A DNA stretch of 63,637 nt from Thermoanaerobaculia bacterium (GCA_038253555.1 JBBSGZ010000004.1:1-63637); one strand, 5' to 3'. Positions 1-8,897 are shown, counted from the first letter of the stretch. Notes: generated by a model not told the origin, from the sequence alone. A program made the numbers and translations.

Positions 1-283
1 CGCCTGCCTGGTCTCTGCCGTGCGGTCCGGCCGTCCGGGCCTCATCGGAACCGGCATAGGTCTCGTCCTGCTCGTGGCCGTGCAGATCGCGCTCGGCGCC
101 GCGACCATTCTCACGGGGAAGGCGGTCTCCGTGGCCACGGCCCACGTGGCGACCGGCGCCCTCCTCCTCGCGACGGCGCTCGGTTTAACCCTCGGGTCCC
201 GGAGGGTTCCTCTGCCTCGCGCCGGAACCCGGACCGGAGCCGAGCTCCCCGCGGGGGCCCGTGGAGCAATGGCGTGGAAGTAG
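1..283 (+). CDS. ctaA: heme A synthase (COX15/CtaA family), C-terminal fragment; 5' end lies outside the window
   Basis: The frame of track ORF 20..283 stays open back to the window edge. The translation is hydrophobic helices with a conserved His (SVATAHVATGALLLATAL), as in the last CtaA helices. Its end overlaps the ctaB start at GTG 274. Confidence 0.5.
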   Translation, partial: ACLVSAVRSGRPGLIGTGIGLVLLVAVQIALGAATILTGKAVSVATAHVATGALLLATALGLTLGSRRVPLPRAGTRTGAELPAGARGAMAWK

Positions 284-1155
284 TTCCGGGCGCCACGCTC
301 GCGGCGGCGCCGGCACGGGCGAACGACTACCTGGAGCTCGCCAAGCCCCGCATCACGTTTCTCGTCGTGATCACCGCGGCCGTCGGATATGCCGTCGGAC
401 CCGGCCACTTCGATCCGGCGGTTTTCTTAGCCCTCGTCATCGGAACGGCGTTCGTCTCGGGCGGCGCGTCGGCGCTCAACCAGTATCGGGAGCGCGACAC
501 GGACGCCTTGATGGACCGCACGCGGAATCGTCCCGTCCCGGCCGGACGCATCGCGGCGGCGGATGCGCGAGCCTTCGGTCTCATTCTGTGCGGCGGCGGC
601 CTGGCGTTGCTGTTCTCGGCGGCGCCGCTTTCCGCCGGGCTCGGCCTCGCGGCACTCGGCAGCTACGTGCTCGTCTACACGCCGATGAAGCGCCTGTCGT
701 CGCTGTGCACGGTCGTGGGCGCGATCCCGGGGGCACTGCCGCCGATGATGGGATGGGCCGCGAGCCGGGGGACCCTCGACGCCGGAGCGTGGGCCCTGTT
801 TGCGATCCTCTTTTTCTGGCAGCTCCCACACTTTCTGGCGATCGGTTGGATGTTCCGGGAGGACTATGCCCGCGGTGGATTCCCCATGTTGACCGTCACC
901 GACCGTGACGGTTCCTCCACGGGGCGGCAGATGGTGCTGTATTCGGCGGCCCTTCTTCCCGTGACCCTCTTCGCGGGAGCCCTGGTCTCGGCGGGACGCT
1001 TTTACCTGTGGGGAGCCGTCGTCCTCGGGCTCGTCTTCCTCGCCGGTTCGGCCAGGTTCGCCTGGGCGCGCACGCTGTCTTCCGCGCGCTGGCTGTTCCT
1101 CATTTCGATCCTGTACCTCCCGATTCTTCTCGGCCTGATGGTCCTCGACCGGTGA
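274..1155 (+). CDS. ctaB: protoheme IX farnesyltransferase (heme O synthase)
   Basis: This is a 293-aa polytopic membrane ORF. It carries a UbiA-type motif (ALNQYRERDTDALMDRTRNRPVPAG) and sits in an oxidase gene context. Confidence 0.9.
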   Translation: MEVVPGATLAAAPARANDYLELAKPRITFLVVITAAVGYAVGPGHFDPAVFLALVIGTAFVSGGASALNQYRERDTDALMDRTRNRPVPAGRIAAADARAFGLILCGGGLALLFSAAPLSAGLGLAALGSYVLVYTPMKRLSSLCTVVGAIPGALPPMMGWAASRGTLDAGAWALFAILFFWQLPHFLAIGWMFREDYARGGFPMLTVTDRDGSSTGRQMVLYSAALLPVTLFAGALVSAGRFYLWGAVVLGLVFLAGSARFAWARTLSSARWLFLISILYLPILLGLMVLDR

Positions 1156-1160
1156 GCGCG

Positions 1161-1271
1161 ATGTCCGTGCCCCTTCGCAAGAACCTGACACTCCTCTTTC
1201 TGATCCTGTTCGCGGGAGCCTTGTTTACAGGGTCGGTCCTCTTCATCCTGTCGCGGGCGCCGCGCCCCTGA
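1161..1271 (+). CDS. small single-TM hypothetical protein (36 aa) between ctaB and oxidase subunit IV
   Basis: The start is an internal ATG of track ORF 1008..1271. The product is MSVPLRKNLTLLFLILFAGALFTGSVLFILSRAPRP. There is no homology support, only position and hydrophobicity. Confidence 0.3.
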   Translation: MSVPLRKNLTLLFLILFAGALFTGSVLFILSRAPRP

Positions 1272-1284
1272 GAAGGAAGGAAAC

Positions 1285-1602
1285 GTGATGCTCGAACAGA
1301 TCGAAGGTGAGCCGGTGCCCGCCGACGCCCACAAGGGGCCCAAATACATGACGATTTTCTGGTGGCTCGCCGGCTTCACCGTCTTCGAGGTCGCCTATTC
1401 GACGATCCTGACGCCTCCGAAGGCGCTCCTGATCAGCGGGCTGGTCATTCTCGCGGGCATCAAGGCCGTTCTCGTCGCGCTCTACTTCATGCACCTGCGC
1501 TTCGAGCGCAAAACGCTCGGGATCATCTTCGCCTCCACCCTGATCCTGGGCGCAATCCTCGTCTCCGTCGGGATGGCGGAACATTTCCTGCCCCGGCCCT
1601 GA
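1285..1602 (+). CDS. cytochrome c oxidase subunit IV family protein (bacterial CoxD/CyoD-like)
   Basis: The ORF is 105 aa with three TM helices. AGIKAVLVALYFMHLRFE matches the subunit IV family signature. It lies immediately 5' of subunit III. Confidence 0.7.
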   Translation: MMLEQIEGEPVPADAHKGPKYMTIFWWLAGFTVFEVAYSTILTPPKALLISGLVILAGIKAVLVALYFMHLRFERKTLGIIFASTLILGAILVSVGMAEHFLPRP

Positions 1603-1637
1603 TAAGTCCTCAAGGGATCGAGAACAAGGGGAGTCTG

Positions 1638-2276
1638 ATGCAACACGCCGCAGCGCTGACCGCCTCCGCGGGTCCCGGCCATGTTTCCGGGCACGGAACG
1701 GGACACGTCGAAGAGGAGTACACGACCACCGGCATCCGCCACGACAAGATGGGGATGTGGATTTTTCTCTGCTCCGAGGTGATGTTCTTCACGGGGCTGA
1801 TCGGTGCCTACATCGTCCTGCGCTTCGCGACGCCGCTCTGGCCGGTCCCGGGGACCGTGCTGAACATTCCCCTGACGGCGTTCAACACTTTCGTGCTGAT
1901 CTGCTCGTCCGTCACCATGGTCCAGGCCCTCGCGGCGGTGCAGCGCGCCGACTACCGCAAGATGAAGCTGTTCCTCTGCCTGACCGTGCTGTTCGGCGCC
2001 TTCTTCCTGTGCATTCAGGCGGTGGAATACTGGAAACTCCTGCACGAAGGCTTCAATCCCCACGTGAGTCTCTTCGGGTCCATCTTTTTCACGACGACCG
2101 GCTTCCACGGCTTTCACGTGCTGTGCGGGGTCATCTGCATGGCGTTCGTGACCGGGAAAGCGCTGCTCGGAAAGTACACGCAGGCTTATCACCAGGGCAT
2201 CGAGACCGTCGGCCTCTACTGGCACTTCGTCGATCTCGTCTGGATCGTGCTCTTCACGATCATCTACCTCTTTTGA
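1638..2276 (+). CDS. ctaE: cytochrome c oxidase subunit III
   Basis: The start is ATG 1638, residue 93 of track ORF 1362..2276. FHGFHVLCGV and YWHFVDLVWIVLF are subunit III hallmarks. Confidence 0.85.
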   Translation: MQHAAALTASAGPGHVSGHGTGHVEEEYTTTGIRHDKMGMWIFLCSEVMFFTGLIGAYIVLRFATPLWPVPGTVLNIPLTAFNTFVLICSSVTMVQALAAVQRADYRKMKLFLCLTVLFGAFFLCIQAVEYWKLLHEGFNPHVSLFGSIFFTTTGFHGFHVLCGVICMAFVTGKALLGKYTQAYHQGIETVGLYWHFVDLVWIVLFTIIYLF

Positions 2277-2351
2277 GACTTATTCGATCGACCCGGGACG
2301 CCGGCTGAGAGGAGCCCTCTCGCCGGCCAAACGCTGCCCCGGGGTGCCCGC

Positions 2352-2792
2352 TTGACGTTCGATCTGATTGACGTGCCGGCGTGGAACGCAGTCCTGAACG
2401 CGTCGAGCGCGCTCTTTCTGCTGCTCGGATTCGTGGCGGTTCGCGGCGGACGCGTCGAGACCCACCGGCGATGGATGCTGACCGCCGCGGCGACCTCGAC
2501 GGTTTTTCTCGCGTCTTACCTGGCCTACCACGCGCGCGTGGGATCGGTCCGCTTCACGGGTCAGGGGGCGGTCCGGACGATTTACTTCACGATCCTGCTG
2601 ACACACACGGTTCTCGCCGTCGTTATCGTTCCCTTAGTCCTCCGGACCCTTTACCTCGGGCTGCGCCGCCGGGACGACCGCCACCGGCGCATCGCCCGCT
2701 GGACTTTTCCGCTCTGGTTGTACGTCTCCGTCACGGGGGTCGTCGTGTACTGGATGCTCTACCGGCTTTACCCGCCGGGGGCGATCCGATAG
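2352..2792 (+). CDS. DUF420 domain membrane protein (CtaM-like oxidase assembly factor)
   Basis: The ORF is 146 aa with four TM helices and a TTG start. The pattern YLAYHARVG...ILLTHTVLAVV is typical of DUF420, which commonly follows caa3/aa3 oxidase genes. Confidence 0.75.
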   Translation: MTFDLIDVPAWNAVLNASSALFLLLGFVAVRGGRVETHRRWMLTAAATSTVFLASYLAYHARVGSVRFTGQGAVRTIYFTILLTHTVLAVVIVPLVLRTLYLGLRRRDDRHRRIARWTFPLWLYVSVTGVVVYWMLYRLYPPGAIR

Positions 2793-2802
2793 GATTTTCG
2801 GC

Positions 2803-3120
2803 GTGAAGCCCGTCGTCCGCATCGCGCTCCTGCTCGCGGCAATCGTGCTGCTCGTCTCGCTCTTTCCGGCGGTGGCCGACGCGTGTCCGCTCTGCCGCGA
2901 CGCAAAAGCGGACACGGACTACGCCGGCGGCACGGCGTCGCTTCCAAACGGCTTCTACTATTCCATCCTGTTCATGGTCTGCGCTCCCTTTGCCGTCATC
3001 GGCACGTTCGTCTCGAGGATCGTGCTGGCCCGCCGGCGTCTGCGCCGCGAGGCCTCGGCGTCCGCGGCCGGGACTCCCGCACCCGCTTTCCTGCCCGGGG
3101 CCGGGGAGTCCCGGCCCTGA
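2803..3120 (+). CDS. small secreted/membrane-anchored CxxC protein, hypothetical
   Basis: The ORF starts at GTG. It has a signal-like N-terminus, then ADACPLCRD, then one C-terminal TM helix and a basic tail. Confidence 0.45.
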   Translation: MKPVVRIALLLAAIVLLVSLFPAVADACPLCRDAKADTDYAGGTASLPNGFYYSILFMVCAPFAVIGTFVSRIVLARRRLRREASASAAGTPAPAFLPGAGESRP

Positions 3121-3131
3121 ACTCCCGGCGC

Positions 3132-4097
3132 GTGGCGCTCCTTCTCGCCGCCGTCGCGCCGCTGGCCGTGCCGTTGGCCGCGACTCCCGCGACTCCTGCG
3201 ACTGTGACTCCGGCGGCAGGGCGGGCCGATGCCTCCGTGTGGCTCGCCGCCATTGCGAAGGATGTCGTCACGGAGTTCTCGGGCAAGGGCCTCACTTCGG
3301 ACGGACTCTCGATCTCCGTCCTGGATCTTCGGGGCCCCGGCCCGGGGCTCTCCGGCTCGGTCCGCGGAAACGTCTCCTACTACCCGGCGTCGGTCATCAA
3401 GGCCTTTTATCTCGCGTATTACGAGGCGCGAAAGGAATCGGGAGCCCTCTCCGACACGCCGGAAATCGTCCGCGCGGTGCGAGACATGATCCGCGTTTCT
3501 TCCAACGACGCGACCGGGTTCGTCGTCGATGCGATCACGGGCACCACGTCAGGGCCGGAACTGTCCGGGGCGGAGTGGGAGAGCTGGAAGGACAAACGCA
3601 ACGCCGTCAACCGGTTTTTCGAGAAGCGCGGCTATCGGGATTTGAACGCGAACCAGAAGACGTTCTGCGAGGACGCTTATGGCCGCGAGCAGGCATTCCG
3701 GGACGGGGGGCGCAACCGCAATCGGATGACGCCGGATCTCGTGGCGCGTCTCTTCGCCGAGATGGCGCGAGGCGAGATCGTCGGGCCGGCGGGAACGTCC
3801 GAGATGCTTGCGCTGCTTTCCCGCGACGTCACTTCCGAAAAGCCGCTCGAGGACGGCGAACTCGAGGACGCGCGGCTCGCGGGCCATGGGCTTCCCGCGG
3901 GGACTCGCCTGTGGGCGAAATCCGGCGACGCCTACGACGTGCATCATCTCGTTTCGCGGGTGGTGCTGCCAAACGGAGCGGATTTCGTCGTGGCGGTCTT
4001 CACGAAAGGGGTCAAGACGATCCCCGATGTGATCCCTCGCGTGTACGCGAAGGTCGCGGAGCTGTTTTCCGGCGGCGCCTCCGCCCCGGCGCGTTGA
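3132..4097 (+). CDS. serine hydrolase, class A beta-lactamase-like
   Basis: The start is an in-frame GTG at 3132 in track ORF 2883..4097, which gives a signal peptide. Three motifs are present: SxxK (ASVIK), SxN (SSND) and KSG (AKSGD). Confidence 0.7.
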   Translation: MALLLAAVAPLAVPLAATPATPATVTPAAGRADASVWLAAIAKDVVTEFSGKGLTSDGLSISVLDLRGPGPGLSGSVRGNVSYYPASVIKAFYLAYYEARKESGALSDTPEIVRAVRDMIRVSSNDATGFVVDAITGTTSGPELSGAEWESWKDKRNAVNRFFEKRGYRDLNANQKTFCEDAYGREQAFRDGGRNRNRMTPDLVARLFAEMARGEIVGPAGTSEMLALLSRDVTSEKPLEDGELEDARLAGHGLPAGTRLWAKSGDAYDVHHLVSRVVLPNGADFVVAVFTKGVKTIPDVIPRVYAKVAELFSGGASAPAR

Positions 4098-4159
4098 CGG
4101 CGCGCCGGTGACCGGGCGCGCGCTGAGAGCGGCGCGAAGATGAGCCCTCCTTTTTTCTC

Positions 4160-4816
4160 GTGACTTCCGCCTCCGCGCTGTCGCGGCTGGTCGGCGCGGC
4201 GCTCACGATCTACCGCGGCACGCTTTCAGTGGCGTTCCTCCGGCGGGACCGCTATCTCGCCCTGCACGAGCGCGGTGTGCCCATCCTCTACACACTCTGG
4301 CACGGCCGGATGTTTCTCTCGATCCAGGCCCATCGGCACCAGGGGGTCGTCACGATGGCGTCGCGCTCGAAAGACGGGGAGATCATCGCGCTCTGGCTGG
4401 AGCGAAACGGGTATCGCGTGGCTCGGGGCTCCTCCTCTCGCGCGGGAGGCACGGCCCTGCGGCTCCTGGTGCGGGAGGTGCGGGGCGGCCGGCATGCCGC
4501 GTTGACTGTCGACGGGCCGCGCGGCCCCGCGGGCCAGGTGCAACCCGGTGTCGTGGCGCTTGCCCGTCTTACCGGCGCGTGGATCCTCCCGGTCTCGTCC
4601 TCGAGCGCCCGCCCGAAGTTCCTGGCATCCTGGGATCGTTACCTGCTGCCACTTCCGTTCTCACGCAACGTCGTGGCGTACGGCGAGCCGTTTCCGATCG
4701 GGCCGGAGCTCTCCGACGAGGAGGCAACCTCCCGGATCGCCGCCGCTCTCGACGCCGTCACCGCCGCAGCCGACGCGGCGATGGAGACGACCCCTCCCCT
4801 TCCCACCGCTCGTTGA
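4160..4816 (+). CDS. DUF374 domain protein (lysophospholipid acyltransferase-like)
   Basis: The motifs LWHGRM, SRSKDGEII, ARGSSSRAGG and TVDGPRGP are the conserved DUF374 blocks. Confidence 0.75.
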   Translation: MTSASALSRLVGAALTIYRGTLSVAFLRRDRYLALHERGVPILYTLWHGRMFLSIQAHRHQGVVTMASRSKDGEIIALWLERNGYRVARGSSSRAGGTALRLLVREVRGGRHAALTVDGPRGPAGQVQPGVVALARLTGAWILPVSSSSARPKFLASWDRYLLPLPFSRNVVAYGEPFPIGPELSDEEATSRIAAALDAVTAAADAAMETTPPLPTAR

Positions 4817-4901
4817 CCGCGCCCTCACCGCGACCCTCTGGCGTGATCAGGCGCGATGGCGGTTTCGCCCGGGATCACAACATTCGTGAATATCCAGCCC
4901 G

Positions 4902-4991
4902 TACCTGCGGGTTCCCTCACCCCAACCCTCTCCCCCCGGCGCGCGGGGAGAGGGGGCAGAGCCCTTAGCCACGATGGTGGTTAAGCTCGCC
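4902..4991. repeat. dispersed ~90-nt REP-like element, copy 1 (hairpin CCCTCTCCCC...GGGGAGAGGG)
   Basis: It shares the 5' block TACCTGCGGGT..CCTCACCCCAACCCTCT and the 3' block GGTGG(T/C)TAAGCTCGCC with copy 2 at 15708..15797. The internal stem-loop differs, with partly compensatory changes. Confidence 0.7.
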
Positions 4992-5080
4992 CCGAGAGGA
5001 GTCTCCCGACCAGAGGGAGGGAGGAGCCTTTCGGGGCGGGAGCCGGAGCGAACGCAGGGACGAGGCGAGCGGTCGAGCCC

Positions 5081-6076
5081 TCAGGGCGAGCCGCTCGCCG
5101 GCGCGTGAGCGCGTCCCGGAGTGAGCGGAGGCGACGGAAGGGTCCGTACGATCGCGAAGTGCCGCTCCAGGGCGAACCAGAACATAGGGACCAAGGGCCG
5201 TTCGCTGCCGTCCAGCAGGAAGGCGCGCGGCGCGGCGAGGTCCGCCTCCCATGCGATCGTGAGGCGCTCTCCGCCGAATTCCGCGTCGACGCGCTGGCGC
5301 TTCTCGATCTCTCTGGAGGTGAACGCCAGGGCCTCGTCGCCCGATTCGACCGCCAGCATTTCCTCCTTGGGTTTGTGGCGCCGGTCCGACGTCTTTTCTC
5401 CCGAGACGCCCTGCATCGGGGAGATGCGGTAGATCTTCAACAGGATCGGCGCCGTGGTTTTTTCGCCGAGGTCCAGGTACAGCGAGCTCGGGTGCACTTC
5501 CTCCCACCGGTCGCCGCGGGTCACGGTGGCGGCGACCCCCGAGAGGCGCTGGCCGGCCAGCGGTCCCGAAAGACCGATCCCGGTCGCGGCCGACCAGTAC
5601 GTGGCGGTCTCCCGGTCGCGGAAGACGAGAGTGTCGCGCCACAGGGCGCCCGTACTTTCGAAGAGGAGGGTCCTTTCTCCCATCCTGCGATTCCAGGCGG
5701 CCGCGATCCCCGTCAAAGCGCAGCGGACCACGACGTACGAAGTGCCTCCCATGTCGTCGTTGACCACCTCGAAACGGTCGAGGAGACCGAGCGGATAGGC
5801 GCGGGCCTCACCTTCGAACGCAACGCCGATGACGCGGTCGTCCTTGTCGGGACGGCGGCTGTGACGCGCGAGCGGTACCATCGTGGCGCGATCGACGCTC
5901 CGGAAGTCCGCCTCCGGGGCCATCTGGACGAGAGGATCGCCCGCGACGACGGCGACCCGCGGATTCTCACGGTACCGGTGGGTGAAGCACCCGGACAGTG
6001 CGAACGCAATGATCCCGAAGAGGATCTGAAAAAACTTCCAGCGCCGCAGTCCGAATTTTCCATTCACATCCGTCAA
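5081..6076 (-). CDS. DUF3179 domain-containing protein
   Basis: The ORF is 331 aa with an N-terminal TM helix and a possible lipobox. Conserved DUF3179 blocks are present (RVIGVAFEGEARAYPL, YVVVRCALTG, LLFESTGALWRDTLVFRDRETATYWS, PMFWFA). Confidence 0.8.
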   Translation of the reverse strand: MTDVNGKFGLRRWKFFQILFGIIAFALSGCFTHRYRENPRVAVVAGDPLVQMAPEADFRSVDRATMVPLARHSRRPDKDDRVIGVAFEGEARAYPLGLLDRFEVVNDDMGGTSYVVVRCALTGIAAAWNRRMGERTLLFESTGALWRDTLVFRDRETATYWSAATGIGLSGPLAGQRLSGVAATVTRGDRWEEVHPSSLYLDLGEKTTAPILLKIYRISPMQGVSGEKTSDRRHKPKEEMLAVESGDEALAFTSREIEKRQRVDAEFGGERLTIAWEADLAAPRAFLLDGSERPLVPMFWFALERHFAIVRTLPSPPLTPGRAHAPASGSP

Positions 6077-6145
6077 CTTACACGAACCGTGCCCGCGGGG
6101 CGCGCAGTCCTGGCTAGAGCGTTGGCGAGGGGACAGGTCTCGCGG

Positions 6146-7285
6146 TCAGGCGAGCGCGGAGAGGGAGGCGGACGCGGCCAGGTTTGAATCGCGAACGACC
6201 CGCCGATACGTGGAGTCCCGCTCGAACGGCTCCCGGCCCGACTCCCGGATCACCCGCTCGAAATCGGCGCGCGTCATCCCGGAGGCGGTCGTCGCGCCGG
6301 CGGCATGGGTGATCGTCTCGTCGACGACGGTCCCCACGAGATCGTCGGCGCCGAAAAAGAGAGCGATCTGGGCGAGCTTCGTCCCGATCTGGATCCAGTA
6401 CGCCTTGATGTGCGGGAAGTTGTCGAGCAGAAGACGTGACGCGGCGATCACGCGAAGGTCGAGCTGCCCCGAGGTCTCGGGCAGATGGGCGAGGGGCGTG
6501 TTCTCGGGATGAAATGCCAGAGGGATCAATCCCGTGAATCCCCCGGTCTCGTCCTGCAGCGTTCGCAGCCGCAGGAGGTGGTCCACCCGGTCTTCGACCG
6601 TCTCGACGCTTCCGTAGAGCATGGTGGCGTTGGTGCGGACCCCCTGAAGGTGGCACTCGCGGGCGATCGACAGCCATTCTTCGCCCGTGATCTTGTTCGC
6701 GCAGATGACGTCGCGCACGCGCTTTTCGAAGATCTCCGCGCCGCCGCCGGGGCAGGAGTCCATGCCGGCCGCCTTCAACTCCGCGATCGTGTCGGGGATG
6801 GATTTCTTTCCGATTCGCGCGATCCAGTCGAGCTCGACCATCGTCCACGCCTTGAGATGCACGGCGGGATAGCGCTCCTTCAAGGCGCGAAGGAGGCCCG
6901 TGTAGTACTCGAAGGGCCACGTCGGGTGGAGGCCTCCCACGATGTGGAACTCCGTGACGGCCTCCGAGTAACCCTTGCCGGCTTCCTCGACGACCTCGGA
7001 AATCCCCATCTCGTAGCCGCCTGGCTCGTTGACTTTTTTCGCCCACGCGCAGAGAGCGCAGTCTACCCAGCAGAGGTTGGTGGGGTTCAAGTACCGGTTG
7101 ACGTTGTAGTACGCGACGTTGCCGTGAAGCTTTTCGCGCACGTAATTCGCCAGCCGGCCGAGCCCAAGGAAGTCCCGGGTCGTGAACAGCGAGACGCCAT
7201 CTTCGAAGGAGAGCCGCTCCCCCGCGAAGACTTTGCGAGCGATCGGCGAGAGCTCGGAACCGCTGAAGGACGACAGGCCGGTCAC
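6146..7285 (-). CDS. mqnE: aminodeoxyfutalosine synthase (radical SAM, futalosine menaquinone pathway)
   Basis: The start is GTG 7285, residue 61 of track ORF 6146..7465. The radical SAM CxxxCxxC motif is CWVDCALCAW. The blocks HIVGGLHP, LPGGGAEIF, NATMLYG, RLRTLQDETGGF and DNFPHIKAYW are as I recall for MqnE. Confidence 0.85.
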   Translation of the reverse strand: MTGLSSFSGSELSPIARKVFAGERLSFEDGVSLFTTRDFLGLGRLANYVREKLHGNVAYYNVNRYLNPTNLCWVDCALCAWAKKVNEPGGYEMGISEVVEEAGKGYSEAVTEFHIVGGLHPTWPFEYYTGLLRALKERYPAVHLKAWTMVELDWIARIGKKSIPDTIAELKAAGMDSCPGGGAEIFEKRVRDVICANKITGEEWLSIARECHLQGVRTNATMLYGSVETVEDRVDHLLRLRTLQDETGGFTGLIPLAFHPENTPLAHLPETSGQLDLRVIAASRLLLDNFPHIKAYWIQIGTKLAQIALFFGADDLVGTVVDETITHAAGATTASGMTRADFERVIRESGREPFERDSTYRRVVRDSNLAASASLSALA

Positions 7286-7506
7286 GGGATGGCGGGCTTC
7301 GTCACCGGCTGGAATGGCGTCTCCGACTGGGGGGAAATCTGGTCCACGAAGGGGGCCACGTACCGGTAACATTCCCAGCAGTACTTTTCCTGCGGGTGGA
7401 AAGTCCAGTCGACGACACGCCCCACCGCGGGGAAATCCACGATCTCCTGGCCGCAACGGTGGCACATGTCTTTCTCGCCTCGCACGAGCCGCCAGACCGG
7501 ACCCAT
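7282..7506 (-). CDS. small zinc-ribbon-like protein (74 aa), hypothetical
   Basis: It has CHRC...CWEC cysteine pairs and non-repetitive, coding-like composition. Its TGA stop overlaps the mqnE GTG start (GTGA). Confidence 0.55.
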   Translation of the reverse strand: MGPVWRLVRGEKDMCHRCGQEIVDFPAVGRVVDWTFHPQEKYCWECYRYVAPFVDQISPQSETPFQPVTKPAIP

Positions 7507-7645
7507 GCGAAGAGGGTATCAGGTCTCACGGGAGTGGAGCGGGCCGTCGAGCGGGGCAGCGAGAGAGGCAGAGGCGAAGAATGGGTCTGAAAAAGTTACG
7601 GCGAAAAGCTGAATTCGGGAAGATTTCGCATCCGTCTCGGTCACC

Positions 7646-7694
7646 CGCCCCGCGCCCCGCGCCCCGCGCCCCGCGCCCCGCGCCCAGCGCCCAG
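7646..7694. repeat. heptanucleotide microsatellite (CGCCCCG)5(CGCCCAG)2
   Basis: I read this directly from the sequence. It abuts the MFS stop codon at 7698-7700. On the minus strand it reads as GGGG runs separated by CGC. Confidence 0.9.
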
Positions 7695-7697
7695 CGC

Positions 7698-8897
7698 CTA
7701 CCGCCTGGCCAACGCCCGCCTTGCCGCCAGCAGCGCGAGGCAAGAAGCCGCCGCGAGTGCCGCGCCGATCAGAAAAGCGGTCCGCGGCCCGAAGATTTTC
7801 CACCAGAGCCCGAAGAGGATCGAGGAGGGGAGCGCCGCGGCGCCGATGCCGCCGTGGAAGATCCCGTAGGCGCGGCCCCGGAGCTTCTCTCCCACGAGGT
7901 CCGCGATGAGCGCCCTCTCGGCGCCTTCAGTCAGGGCGAAGAAAAGCGCGTAAACGGCAAAGAGCGCCCAGAGAGTCCGAGGGCCGGCGACCCACGCGAA
8001 GCCCGCGTACGCGATCGCATACACGGCCCAGCCGATCGCGACGCACGGCACGCGGCCGATGCGGTCCGCGAGGATCCCCCCGGGGACCCCTCCGGCGGCC
8101 TTGACGGCGTGAAAGAACGCCCAGAGAAGGGGGATCTGCCACAGCTCCACGCCGGAGTCGCGGGCGCGCAGCAGGAGGAAGGCGTCCGTGGAGTTTGCGA
8201 ACGCGAACAGAATGAAGATGGCTGCCGCGACTTTGAATCCGCGGGGAAGCGCCTGCGAAGGGGAAGACGGCAGGAGGTCGGTGACCGGCTCCGTCCGGGC
8301 GGGTGCCTCGCGCACGCGCCAGATCAGCAGGATGACGCCGAGGGCGCCCGGGACGAGAGCGAGGAGAAACACGGTCCGCTCGTCCGGCGCGATCGTTTTC
8401 AAAAGGAGCGCGGCGACGAGCGGACCCACGACCGCCCCGGCGTTGTCCATGGCGCGCTGAAGTCCGAAAGCCCGGCCCCGACTTTCGGCGGGTACCAGGT
8501 CGGCGAGGAGCGCGTCCCGAGGAGCCGTCCGAATGCCCTTGCCGACGCGGTCCCCGACGCGGATCGCCAGCACCTGGACCCAGCTCGTGGCGAGGGCGAC
8601 GAGAGGACGGACGAGCCCCGCGAGCGTGTAACCGGCGACCACGAGGGGCTTGCGCCGCCCGGTCCGGTCCGCCCACCACCCGGACGCCATCTTGGTCACG
8701 GACGCGGTGGCTTCGGCAGCCCCTTCGATCAGCCCGAGCGCCGCCGGGCCCGCTCCCAGAGTGCGGGTCAGGAAATCGGGCAGCAGGGGATAGATCATGT
8801 CGGACGCGAAGTCGGTGAGGAGAGACACCCATCCGAGAGTGACTACCGATGTCGGAAGCGGCTCGCGGCGCAATTTATAGATAATTTTTAAGGCCAA
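7698..8897 (-). CDS. MFS transporter
   Basis: The ORF is 399 aa with about 12 TM helices. An MFS loop 2-3 motif is present (GWWADRTGRRKPL). Confidence 0.85.
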   Translation of the reverse strand: MALKIIYKLRREPLPTSVVTLGWVSLLTDFASDMIYPLLPDFLTRTLGAGPAALGLIEGAAEATASVTKMASGWWADRTGRRKPLVVAGYTLAGLVRPLVALATSWVQVLAIRVGDRVGKGIRTAPRDALLADLVPAESRGRAFGLQRAMDNAGAVVGPLVAALLLKTIAPDERTVFLLALVPGALGVILLIWRVREAPARTEPVTDLLPSSPSQALPRGFKVAAAIFILFAFANSTDAFLLLRARDSGVELWQIPLLWAFFHAVKAAGGVPGGILADRIGRVPCVAIGWAVYAIAYAGFAWVAGPRTLWALFAVYALFFALTEGAERALIADLVGEKLRGRAYGIFHGGIGAAALPSSILFGLWWKIFGPRTAFLIGAALAAASCLALLAARRALARR

